Part shown: positions 39,836-49,251 of the stretch, piece after piece
Position numbering within the stretch: the stretch's first letter is position 1
How the letters are laid out: each line of letters opens with the position of its first letter
Source of the DNA: an uncultured Bacilli bacterium
Lineage (GTDB): Bacteria > Bacillota_I > Bacilli_A > RFN20 > CAG-826
Direction: 5' to 3'
NCBI GenBank assembly: GCA_934168325.1
Contig: CAKPNG010000002.1
Span: 11 to 64,010, forward strand
DNA: 64,000 bases
The notes under the pieces: model-generated
Seen by the model: only the letters and a program-made list of their open reading frames with translations
Told to the model about the DNA's origin: nothing
Databases searched by the model: none
Made by a program: the position numbers and the translations under genes

Positions 39836-41959
39836 ATGAATTTACTTGAATATTATAATAAACTACCAGAAGACATCATTTCTAACGATGAGGTAGATGA
39901 AGTTAAATTAACTAAGTTATATGTTTATAACTATGAATACGGGAATAATGATGCATATATTGAGGATTTATTAGATTCTATAACTTATACTAGAGATGAA
40001 AAAGAGCATAATAACTTTATCGATGCAATTTATATTGATCAATATAACGATGATACTCCAATTGAATTATTAACTACTATTTGTTTTTATAATTCTAAAG
40101 CATTTAATTTAAGCGAAATATTTAAAAGAATTGATTATATAAGTTCTACTATTGATAATTTGAATGGTCATAGATATTTAGATAACAATAAGATTTATAA
40201 TAAAATTGAAAATTTAAGAGGCAGTAAAGAATACGATAACGAAATAAATAAATTTACTATCAAAGTAATTACTGATATTGATTTACCAAGTGAAGAAAAA
40301 TATTATGCTAAACAAAAAATTAGTAATTATTGTGTAAATAAAAATATTATTGATGTATCAATACAATTTTCTAGTGATATTGAACTAGCTATTAGAAGTA
40401 ATATTGAGCCATTTGATTTTGTCAATGAAAGTTCTTTTAATGTTGATAATAGTAACAACTATTTAAAATATTCTAATAACTGTATTGTATGTAATATCAG
40501 TGCTAAATCTATAAAAGATAATTGGGAAAAATATCAAAATAAATTACTAGCTATGAATTTAAGATATTACATCAAAAATGATAATATTGATAAAAAAATT
40601 GAAGATTCTATCCAAAAAGATCCTGGTAATTTCTATTATTATAATAATGGTATGATCATTGTTTGTGATGATTTTGAACTTAATAATAATAAAATAAAGT
40701 TAAAGAAATTTTCTATTGTTAATGGTGGTCAAACTACTAGAATGATTGGTGAAGTTCCTTTTAATACTGACTTTTATGTAGTAGCAAAAATAATTAAAAA
40801 TACATATGAAGATGAAGAAAATAAAAATGAATTTATAGCAAATATAGCTGAAGCTAGTAATACTCAAAAACCAATTAAATCTAAAGATGTTATCGCAAAT
40901 CGTAAAGAGCAAAGAATGTTACAATCATTATTTAATAAAAATGATATGTTTATCGAGATTAAGCGTGGTGATAAACCAGATGCTACACGTATTAAAGAAA
41001 AATATCAAAAAACTAAAAATAATGAATTGGCTCAAGACTTATATTCATTTATATATCTTCAACCTGGACCAGCTCATAATAATGTCAGTAGAATACTAGA
41101 ACAAAAAGAAAAATATGATCTATTTTTTGTTAAAAATCATTATGAATTCCCATTACTAAAAGATGTCATTTTTTTAGAAAAAGCCTACAAAGACTATATT
41201 ATTTTTAAGAAAAAGCATAGCGAAGATCTTAAATCAAATTATCCTTCAATTATTAAAACTGGTATCTTCTATTTTATGTCAACGATAGGTTTATTCTTAA
41301 AACTTATTTATAATGATGAATATAAAAATGAATTAAATAAAAGAAGAAACACTTCTACTCATGATTTATTATTAACAACTAAAGCTTTTAATAATAACTT
41401 TATTAAAGAAGAAACTTATCAAGATTTTAGTAAAAATATGAGAAGCTTATTTGATTTTATTTTTAATAATTATATTGCTTCTAGTTACGATATGATGAGC
41501 GAAGGTAAAAATCTAGCAGGTAGTAACTTTACTAAAACTAATACAGGTTTTAATAATTATATAGTTAGACAAATTGAAAGAGAAATATTTGATATAAAGA
41601 ACAATGATAATTTAAATTTAGTTAAATCTTATTTTTTAGATATTAGTGAAGATCAAAAAAATAATAATATTGATACCTTTATAGATTATTATAAAAGCGA
41701 ATTAAATAAAGATGATAGTGAACTTGATTCTATAGATCAAAAAAAGAATCAAGATTTGCAAAATGAATTGTTCTTATATAGAGACAAAACTTCTAAAGAA
41801 AAGCGTATATTACCTAATAAAATATTTACTGATAATCAAATTATAAAATTAGTCAATAATAAACCTACTGATTCATATCAATTATGTAAAATTTTAAGTA
41901 AAGATAAATATCAACTATTCGGTGAAGAAATATTAGATATTATCAGAAAATATCTATAA
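39836..41959 (+). CDS. AIPR-family abortive-infection protein with a C-terminal HRDC-like segment
   Basis: 707 aa. FSIVNGGQTTRMIGE (about nt 40711-40755) is the hallmark NGGQT box of AIPR proteins. The last 50 aa or so (PNKIFTDNQIIKLVNNKPTDSYQLCKILSKDKYQLFGEEILDII) look HRDC-like. Confidence 0.65.
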   Translation: MNLLEYYNKLPEDIISNDEVDEVKLTKLYVYNYEYGNNDAYIEDLLDSITYTRDEKEHNNFIDAIYIDQYNDDTPIELLTTICFYNSKAFNLSEIFKRIDYISSTIDNLNGHRYLDNNKIYNKIENLRGSKEYDNEINKFTIKVITDIDLPSEEKYYAKQKISNYCVNKNIIDVSIQFSSDIELAIRSNIEPFDFVNESSFNVDNSNNYLKYSNNCIVCNISAKSIKDNWEKYQNKLLAMNLRYYIKNDNIDKKIEDSIQKDPGNFYYYNNGMIIVCDDFELNNNKIKLKKFSIVNGGQTTRMIGEVPFNTDFYVVAKIIKNTYEDEENKNEFIANIAEASNTQKPIKSKDVIANRKEQRMLQSLFNKNDMFIEIKRGDKPDATRIKEKYQKTKNNELAQDLYSFIYLQPGPAHNNVSRILEQKEKYDLFFVKNHYEFPLLKDVIFLEKAYKDYIIFKKKHSEDLKSNYPSIIKTGIFYFMSTIGLFLKLIYNDEYKNELNKRRNTSTHDLLLTTKAFNNNFIKEETYQDFSKNMRSLFDFIFNNYIASSYDMMSEGKNLAGSNFTKTNTGFNNYIVRQIEREIFDIKNNDNLNLVKSYFLDISEDQKNNNIDTFIDYYKSELNKDDSELDSIDQKKNQDLQNELFLYRDKTSKEKRILPNKIFTDNQIIKLVNNKPTDSYQLCKILSKDKYQLFGEEILDIIRKYL

Positions 41960-41984
41960 TTATATTGATTATTACATTCTTATT

Positions 41985-42022
41985 AAAAGTATAAGTTCTA
42001 CTAAAAGAATTTATACTTTTTT
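41985..42022. terminator. 15-bp stem hairpin between the convergent AIPR gene and surface-protein operon
   Basis: AAAAGTATAAGTTCT-actaaa-AGAATTTATACTTTT (one G-U pair) followed by TT. The 3' arm overlaps the stop codon of the 605-aa ORF. Confidence 0.65.
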
Positions 42023-43828
42023 ATATCCATATTGATTATTATTACCTTTAATAGCTATATATGTTCCTACTTCTACATTAGTAAGATTAAATGTATTATA
42101 AAGATCAACACAAGCATATTTATGAATTGGTGAATTTTTATAAGGTTGAAACTCATAATTTACACCCATATTTTTTAAACTAGAAAATACTATATTAAAC
42201 GTAGCACTTCCTTCTTGTGTTTCGTATTCTAAGATACTGCCATTATTAATATTTAAAGTTCCTAATGAAGAAATTGCACTAATATTTCCGCCAAATTTTG
42301 CTCCATTATTAATATTTAAAGTTCCCTCATTTATTAATAAAGCATCCCCTTTATCATAAGGATAAATAGTTCCTGCAGGAGATCTTTCATCTTCATATAA
42401 TTTTTTATCGTTATTTGATGAATCATATAAAATGAAAGGACTATTTATATTGACAGTAGATTCTTCTTTAATAATTAATTCAGAACCTCCTAAAAATTTA
42501 ATTCTTTGATTAAAATTTAGATTATATCCTGAATTAACAGTTATAGAAAAATTCCATGGAATTGGATAATCAACCTCTTTTGTTTGCATTGATGTTTTTA
42601 ACATATTTTTAACAATACTTGTTAATAGTGAACTATTACTCCATCCACCTATATATACTGAACGTGTTTCTACTTTTGCATCATTAGAGGCATTTAAACT
42701 TATCTCGAAATAATTGAAATCAACATTAGCGTTGAATGTGAAGATAGTCTCAGCATTTGGACCTGCAACAAAGGAATTATAAGTATTATAATTAGTAAAT
42801 TTATTGTCGTTAGATTTATAAATTAAGTTAATATATCCATCGTTTCTAATTTTAAAAACAGATGCTTCTTCTTGAGAAATAAAATTTATTTCGCTCACAT
42901 TATGACGAGCGTTCATTGTGACTCTAACTTTAACTTTTAGAACTTCTTTTTCAATTTGTGTATAACCAGTAAATAAATCTACATAACCAATCATTTTACA
43001 TCCATAATAATGATTCTGTTCTATCTTAATATTAGGAAAATCATACTGAGATAAAGGAAATTCTTTATAAGTTTCATTAGCATATAGACTAGCAGTACAT
43101 CCTCCGCCTTTATAGTCATAAAAGACCATAGGAAGTTTAACTATTCCATAATTCTCTAATATTGCTCCTCTATTATTAGAATCTTCTTTAATATAGCCTA
43201 AACAATCGATAATACCGGTATTTTTATTAATTATTCTTGCACCTTTATTTAAGTATAATTCACAATAATATCCAGAAGTATTACCTGCTAAAACTGTGTT
43301 ATCGTTGCCTACAATTCCACCTATATTAATAGTACCAAAATTAGTCAATGTTACATTGCTAGCAAGTGTTACTCTATTCACTAAATATTTATTAACACTG
43401 GCTTCATCTTGATCAGCAAATTGATTAGATGTATACTCTCCTATTTCTCTCCATGTATTAGATGTTTTAGCTTCTTTTTGTCGACCATCCCAATCAAATT
43501 CATCTTTTCTAGATATAGGTAAAGTTAAAGTTACTCCACTATTTATAACTACATTAGAATATATAGTTGGATTTTTATCTTTATAACAATAAATAGTATC
43601 ACCACTATTAGCATTATTTAAAGCATCCTCAATCATATAATATTTAATATTTGTTTTACTATTAAAACAAACATAATCATTAATATTATTTCCTATTTTA
43701 TTATTAAAATAATTATTAACTAAATTCCAACTACTATAGCCAATATTAAATATACTTACTAAAAATAATAAGATAATTAATAAAGACAAAGAATGTTTAA
43801 ATATATATTTATTGTTAAATTTATTCAT
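42011..43828 (-). CDS. Large N-terminally anchored/secreted protein, probably beta-helix rich
   Basis: 605 aa. A basic N-terminus is followed by a hydrophobic helix and NIGYSSWNL. Repeats are present: GTLNINNG twice, and FGTINIGGIVGN. The sequence is N/T/S-rich. It overlaps the upstream ORF by 8 nt. Confidence 0.5.
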   Translation of the reverse strand: MNKFNNKYIFKHSLSLLIILLFLVSIFNIGYSSWNLVNNYFNNKIGNNINDYVCFNSKTNIKYYMIEDALNNANSGDTIYCYKDKNPTIYSNVVINSGVTLTLPISRKDEFDWDGRQKEAKTSNTWREIGEYTSNQFADQDEASVNKYLVNRVTLASNVTLTNFGTINIGGIVGNDNTVLAGNTSGYYCELYLNKGARIINKNTGIIDCLGYIKEDSNNRGAILENYGIVKLPMVFYDYKGGGCTASLYANETYKEFPLSQYDFPNIKIEQNHYYGCKMIGYVDLFTGYTQIEKEVLKVKVRVTMNARHNVSEINFISQEEASVFKIRNDGYINLIYKSNDNKFTNYNTYNSFVAGPNAETIFTFNANVDFNYFEISLNASNDAKVETRSVYIGGWSNSSLLTSIVKNMLKTSMQTKEVDYPIPWNFSITVNSGYNLNFNQRIKFLGGSELIIKEESTVNINSPFILYDSSNNDKKLYEDERSPAGTIYPYDKGDALLINEGTLNINNGAKFGGNISAISSLGTLNINNGSILEYETQEGSATFNIVFSSLKNMGVNYEFQPYKNSPIHKYACVDLYNTFNLTNVEVGTYIAIKGNNNQYGYKKV

Positions 43829-44573
43829 ATTTATCTATATCCATATAAAATTCAAAACTACCATTTTTAGTTACTAAATAATCATATATATTAGATAATC
43901 TATTACTACTGATAGGACTTATATTAATAACTAAATAAGTCTCTAGTGTATCTATCTCTTTAGTTAAAATATTAGCTAAAGATAAGCTATATTCGACACT
44001 ATTTGTATTTGTATCTATTATATAATTATCATTATTAACTATATTAGAACTTAATAAATCTTCATCTTTATATGTTAATAAACCATTATAATATTGATAT
44101 AACTTAGAATTATTAAATTTAAATAAGCCAACATTGTTTGCATTTAAATCATTGCTAATTAATTTTAATTTATATTTAAATGTTAATGACTTATTAACAT
44201 TTAATTCATTAAATTCTTTTAATTTATTTAAATTGAAATTTATATAAAATAGTAATTCACCAACGTTAGTTCCTGCATTATTAATATCATTATTTGAATT
44301 ATTATTATGATTAATGAAACCATTAAAGTTATTATTATTTATTCTATATAACAAAGGTCTATATCCATTATTAGGTTTATTAGCTTGATCTACATAAACA
44401 TATTTGCTATATACACCATTAACATTACCTATTTTAACGTCAATATTTCTTACTTCACTATTTAAATTATTATCACTAATAATGAAACTAGAAAATCCTA
44501 TTCCTATAATAGAAAACATAGAAAAATATATTAATGATCCTACAAAAATATTTTTATTATATTTATTTTTCAT
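43821..44573 (-). CDS. N-terminally anchored/secreted Asn-rich protein, first gene of the surface operon
   Basis: 250 aa. Its N-terminus MKNKYNKNIF...FSIIGIGFSSFII parallels that of the 605-aa ORF (MNKFNNKYIF...SIFNIGYSSWNL). Confidence 0.5.
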   Translation of the reverse strand: MKNKYNKNIFVGSLIYFSMFSIIGIGFSSFIISDNNLNSEVRNIDVKIGNVNGVYSKYVYVDQANKPNNGYRPLLYRINNNNFNGFINHNNNSNNDINNAGTNVGELLFYINFNLNKLKEFNELNVNKSLTFKYKLKLISNDLNANNVGLFKFNNSKLYQYYNGLLTYKDEDLLSSNIVNNDNYIIDTNTNSVEYSLSLANILTKEIDTLETYLVINISPISSNRLSNIYDYLVTKNGSFEFYMDIDKYE

Positions 44574-44597
44574 ATCTAAAATCTCCTTTTAGATATG
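44571..44597 (-). promoter_or_regulatory. Perfect 11-bp stem hairpin enclosing the SD (in the loop) and start codon (in the stem) of the surface operon
   Basis: CATATCTAAAA-TCTCC-TTTTAGATATG. On the mRNA the loop reads GGAGA and the 3' arm ends in the ATG (reverse complement of 44571-44573). Confidence 0.6.
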
Positions 44598-44624
44598 AAA
44601 AAGGCTTATAATTTAATCTCTTCC

Positions 44625-44646
44625 TATATATATATATATATATATA
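44625..44646. repeat. (TA)11 dinucleotide microsatellite in the promoter region of the surface operon
   Basis: Direct count of TA x11, located 52-73 nt upstream of the ATG at 44573. Confidence 0.9.
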
Positions 44647-44914
44647 TTGCTCATGCTTTAATTATAAACACTTCAATATTAATTTATAAGAGACACTTTG
44701 TGTCAGTTTAAAATGTATTTATTAACTAAATATTAATAATTATATTATCGCTAATTGAAAAAACTTACTTTCTAAAGAAAATGCGTTAAGAAAAATCAAT
44801 TCTTTGTTGCTTTTAATGTATTGATTTATACTGTTTATTTTCTTATTAAAAAGCCAATAATGTTACTAAGGCAAAATATTACAAAAATTAAAAATACACT
44901 TTCTATAGTTCCTA

Positions 44915-45523
44915 TTAAAAAATTATTCTAAAATTTTCAATAAGTTCATTAATAACATTATCTTTAATAACATCTTTGCTACTATACATATTTGTCTGAA
45001 GTTCCATAATTTTATAATTATTATAAATAAAATAAATTATATAACCGCCATCATTATAATTATTAACTACATATTCAATTTTATTATTTGAAAAAACACT
45101 ATTTTCACCATAAAAAGGGTAAAAATAAAGATAAATTTGATTATAGACTGGTAACTCTGTAGTATTTTCAATAAATAACTGTTTAATCCAAAAATAATCG
45201 TATGTGGAGTTAAAAATATCCTCCTTATTAGAAAAATTACCATCTATATGACCGTAAAATCCTGTAGTAAAACATACATATTTTTTTGGCACGTTAAATG
45301 ATGATAACCCAAAATTAAATTCGGCATTTTTTTGAGTGTTTCTTAAATCTATTAAAAATTTTGAAACTTCATTCAAATCATTAAACCCTTTAGTCCACCG
45401 AATTCTATCCTTGCCAGGTAAAACTAAATCATCATCTGAGTTTTTACTATTAGTAGGATTACAACCAGCACATAAAAAACAAGTTATTAAGGGCAATACA
45501 ATAGTTAGTTGCTTTGCTTTCAT
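44915..45523 (-). CDS. Putative secreted protein or lipoprotein
   Basis: 202 aa with signal-like MKAKQLTIVLPLITCFLCAGC. The lipobox is imperfect (Cys at -3). Confidence 0.45.
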   Translation of the reverse strand: MKAKQLTIVLPLITCFLCAGCNPTNSKNSDDDLVLPGKDRIRWTKGFNDLNEVSKFLIDLRNTQKNAEFNFGLSSFNVPKKYVCFTTGFYGHIDGNFSNKEDIFNSTYDYFWIKQLFIENTTELPVYNQIYLYFYPFYGENSVFSNNKIEYVVNNYNDGGYIIYFIYNNYKIMELQTNMYSSKDVIKDNVINELIENFRIIF

Positions 45524-45656
45524 ATTTTTATTTTATCATTTCATAAATTAAAAAACAAATTACTTATTTGGCATTAAGATTATAATGTCAATTAACTTGG
45601 TAAAACTTTATTTTAATCTATTCACAAATGAATGAAAAAATATTACAATTATATTA
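45518..45656 (+). repeat. 139-bp direct repeat (left copy) flanking the IS
   Basis: Identical by eye to 47557-47695. It covers the whole divergent intergenic region, from the first 6 nt of the lipoprotein gene to the first 25 nt of mgtC. Confidence 0.9.
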
Positions 45657-47556
45657 CCTGTCTTTTTAAGATAAGCTTATTTTATTGTGCTAAAACGATA
45701 ATTTTTAATTAATTTAAGGTCTTTTTCATTAAATATTTTTTTAATTATAGGAAGATTAGTAATAGCTGTTAATTCATCAATAGAGTCTCTCTTTTTAAGC
45801 AAATTTACACTTAAATCTTCATTAACAAAAATCTCAAATTTTCTAATAAAATTAATGATTGTAGTTGCTGGAATTTCATCTTTTAGTAAAACTAACTCGA
45901 TATATCTTATAAAAACTAAAGATAAATAACACATTAAAAAATGACCATAAATTTTAAATTTTCCTTGTAAATATGTAGGTCTTGCACAAAGATCTGTTTT
46001 AAGAATTCTAAATGATTCTTCAATTCTCCAAAGCCTATGATAAACATCATATACTTCTTTAGAACTTGTGGAAATTTCAGATGTAATAAGCATGTTGTAG
46101 CCGCAATACTTAAGGTCTTTTTCAATTTTTTCTTGATCAATTATTTTTGATACGTTTTCAAAATTAATTTCACCATTTTCATCTATTTTCGCAAAATTTA
46201 TATACCTAGAGCATTCACCATATTCCGCTTTTTTGCTTGAGATAGTGCAAGTTTTTTAGCTTTTTCTATCATTAAATTAATTTCAATTCTATGTTTATCT
46301 TCAAGCTTTTTTGACCAGTATATTATTCTTTTTTGCTTAAAATTTTTAGAATATTTAGCGCCATTAAATACAAAATCATATTTAAAATCATCGATGCATT
46401 CTTTATATTTAAAAGTACAATTTTCTTCATTATCCTTTATATAATCGTCATCTTTGTCAACCCAAATAAGTTCTTTAGCAGATAATTTTTTAACTGAATT
46501 TGAATAGATATACCCATCTTTATTTAAATGACATTCAAATATATTTTGCCCACAATTTAGGCCTTTATCCGCAATTTGTATAGTTCTGCCTTTAATTTGA
46601 TTAGTTTCTTTCATTTCATTAATTATTTCTCTAATAACAGGTTTTTCGCTTTGATTACCAGGAAACATTTTCATTGAAATAGCCATTTGATTCTTGTCTA
46701 AAAGAAGACCCATTCCAATGATTGGATTTTTTCTATTTTCTTTGCTTGGACCTTTTTGTTTATCATCGTAAGGTTTATCAATTTCAAAATAATAGTTTGT
46801 ACAATCGAAAAAAACTTTATCAGTTGTAAATTTGTATAACTTTTTAAAACAATTGTTGAACAACTCAATAATACTTTGATAATCTTCTCCAAAAACATCG
46901 AGTGCATCGAGTAAATTTGGATAGGAAAAATCTGAAGAGAACAAAAATTTATCTTTTAGATTAATATATGCGTTTAATTTTGATGATGGATCATAAATTT
47001 GAGAGGCAATTAAAAATTTCATAACATCAAATAGTTTATAATTCACACGTCTCCCATAATTCAGCATATTGATTGGCAATTCTATTTTTAAAGAATCTAA
47101 AAACGATGAAATAAAAGAAGTACCTACGTTTTTAATATCAGAAGAATCATCGATTGTCTTAATTTTATCGCGCATAATCTTTTCTTTTCTTTCTTTTTCC
47201 ATTTGTTCCACTAATTTCTTTGCATAAGTTAGCGGATCATTGATACCTCTTTTCAATAAATCGGAATGATAGCCGATAACGGAAACAGATTTTTGCGTTA
47301 CGTAGCCTTTTTCTTTATCGTAATTACCATCATAAACTTGATAATAAACACCTTTATTTGTTTTGGTTTTCTTTAAAAAATAACTCATAATTTACCTCTA
47401 CTTTATTATAGCACAAAATAGCACAATATAAAATAGTAAAATAAATATTTTGTCAATATTTTTAAAAATTAAAAAAATATCGACTAGTGCGATATTTTGT
47501 TATTAATTGAACATCATTTACTAAAAAATTTTATTGTGCTAACTTAAAAAGACGGG
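45657..47556 (-). mobile_element. IS1634-like (IS4-superfamily) insertion sequence, 1900 bp
   Basis: Terminal inverted repeats are CCTGTCTTTTTAAGATA (left) and CCCGTCTTTTTAAGTTA (reverse complement of the right end). Subterminal TTGTGCTA motifs are present. It carries a DDE transposase and is flanked by a long direct repeat. Confidence 0.8.
45677..47388 (-). pseudogene. IS1634-family transposase split into two frames at an A6G run (frameshifted, or expressed by -1 frameshifting)
   Basis: ORF A (46198..47388) begins MSYFLKKTKTNKGVYYQVY. Frame B is open from the A6G at 46228-46234 to 45677 and contains YHRLWRIEESFRILK (the IS4 Y..R..E......K box). Confidence 0.75.
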
Positions 47557-47695
47557 TTTCATATTTTTATTTTATCATTTCATAAATTAAAAAACAAATT
47601 ACTTATTTGGCATTAAGATTATAATGTCAATTAACTTGGTAAAACTTTATTTTAATCTATTCACAAATGAATGAAAAAATATTACAATTATATTA
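47557..47695 (+). repeat. 139-bp direct repeat (right copy)
   Basis: Identical to 45518-45656. Confidence 0.9.
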
Positions 47696-48456
47696 TGATA
47701 TTAGAAAATTTATTATTAACTGAAACTACTTCTGGTTTCACTACCCCAAGTGGTATTGATTCTATTATTGTTAATTATTTTAATAACCTTGGATGGTACG
47801 GAAACCTCATACTTTTAATAATAAGTCTGCTAATCGCCACTATTTTTGGCGGAATTATCGGTTTTCAAAGAGAAACAAATGGGCATCCAGCAGGCTTTAG
47901 AACTCATATTTTAATATGTTTAGGTAGTGCTTTAATTATGATAATTTCTATATATGGAATACCTGGTTCTACTTCTAGAGATCCTATGAGATTAGCAGCA
48001 GCTGGAGTTACTGGTGTTACTTTTTTAGGAGCAGGAAGCATTGTTAAAAATGGTGTTAATATAAAAGGATTAACTACAGCTGCTTCAATATGGGTAACAA
48101 TGGCTATAGGAATGACTTGTGGAGCAGGTTATTTTGTTATTGGCTTAATAGCTACTATATTTACAATGCTTTGTTTAATATCTTTCCAAAATATAGAAAA
48201 TAAAATTAAAAAGGGATTTATTAATGTTTCTATTATGACTTATGAAGATGAGCCAATAATGGCAGATTTATTAGAAACATTAAAGAAATATAATATTAAT
48301 TATTCAAATATAAAGTCTTTTGTAACCAAATATAATGGTAAAGATGCTCTTAAAATAACCTTTACCTGTAAAACAAAAAATGAAGATTTAATTAATAGCT
48401 TTATTAATGAATTTAAAAACAAAAATAAACCTTTATCAATAAAAATAATTAAATAA
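47671..48456 (+). CDS. mgtC: MgtC/SapB-family membrane protein
   Basis: GFQRETNGHPAGFRTHILICLGSAL and GITTAASIWVTMAIGM, plus a C-terminal ACT-like domain. Confidence 0.85.
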   Translation: MKKYYNYIMILENLLLTETTSGFTTPSGIDSIIVNYFNNLGWYGNLILLIISLLIATIFGGIIGFQRETNGHPAGFRTHILICLGSALIMIISIYGIPGSTSRDPMRLAAAGVTGVTFLGAGSIVKNGVNIKGLTTAASIWVTMAIGMTCGAGYFVIGLIATIFTMLCLISFQNIENKIKKGFINVSIMTYEDEPIMADLLETLKKYNINYSNIKSFVTKYNGKDALKITFTCKTKNEDLINSFINEFKNKNKPLSIKIIK

Positions 48457-49249
48457 TTTTATTTATATAATGATCAATAGCATAAGTTATGCCACAATCA
48501 TTTACATCTTTAGTAACAAATTTAGCAACTTCTTTAACTTCTTTTAAAGCATTACCCATTGCAATACCATTAAAATTCTTAATCATTAAATAATCATTTA
48601 ATGCATCACCAAATGTAAAAATATCTTTTTGATTGACATTAATAATCTCAGCTAATTTACTCACACCACTAGCTTTATCTATTCCTTTATTCATAATATC
48701 AATAAAAAAGATACTACTTCTTACTACATGATATTTATCACAAATTTCTTTTTTAATTACTGTTTGCTTACTATTTTCGGGATCTCCACCAACAATAATT
48801 TTATCGATTAACGTATCTTTACTATAATTAATTTTATTTAAATCATAAGGCAAAGCATCATTTAATCTTAATTCTCTTTCAATCCATTCATCATATTTAT
48901 AATACGCAACATAATTATCAAAAAAAGCAAAAACATTTAAGTTTAGAGGGTTTTTTTCAAAATCTAGGTACATTTCATTCAATAAAGAAATAGGTAATCC
49001 ATCTCTAAATAATAGATTGCCATCAAAATCATAGATACTTGCTCCATTAGAACAAATAGCATATTTATTACCTTCAACAAATAAAGATAAATATTTTTTA
49101 ACTCCTGGAAAAGGACGGCCGCTAGCAATAGCGACCGCTTCTCCATTACGTAAAAGATTATTTATTGATTCTATAGTTTCAGTTTTTATATTTTGATCAT
49201 AATCAATAATAGTTCCATCTACATCAAAAACAAATAATCTCATTGACAT
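48449..49249 (-). CDS. Cof-type HAD-IIB phosphatase
   Basis: FVFDVDGTI, ASGRP and FGDALND motifs. Confidence 0.85.
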   Translation of the reverse strand: MSMRLFVFDVDGTIIDYDQNIKTETIESINNLLRNGEAVAIASGRPFPGVKKYLSLFVEGNKYAICSNGASIYDFDGNLLFRDGLPISLLNEMYLDFEKNPLNLNVFAFFDNYVAYYKYDEWIERELRLNDALPYDLNKINYSKDTLIDKIIVGGDPENSKQTVIKKEICDKYHVVRSSIFFIDIMNKGIDKASGVSKLAEIINVNQKDIFTFGDALNDYLMIKNFNGIAMGNALKEVKEVAKFVTKDVNDCGITYAIDHYINKII

Positions 49250-49251
49250 TT

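Noticed and set aside
45934-46140. 68-aa ORF inside the IS
   Set aside because: It is in the third frame, overlapping the transposase C-terminal frame. The transposase frames A and B account for the region.
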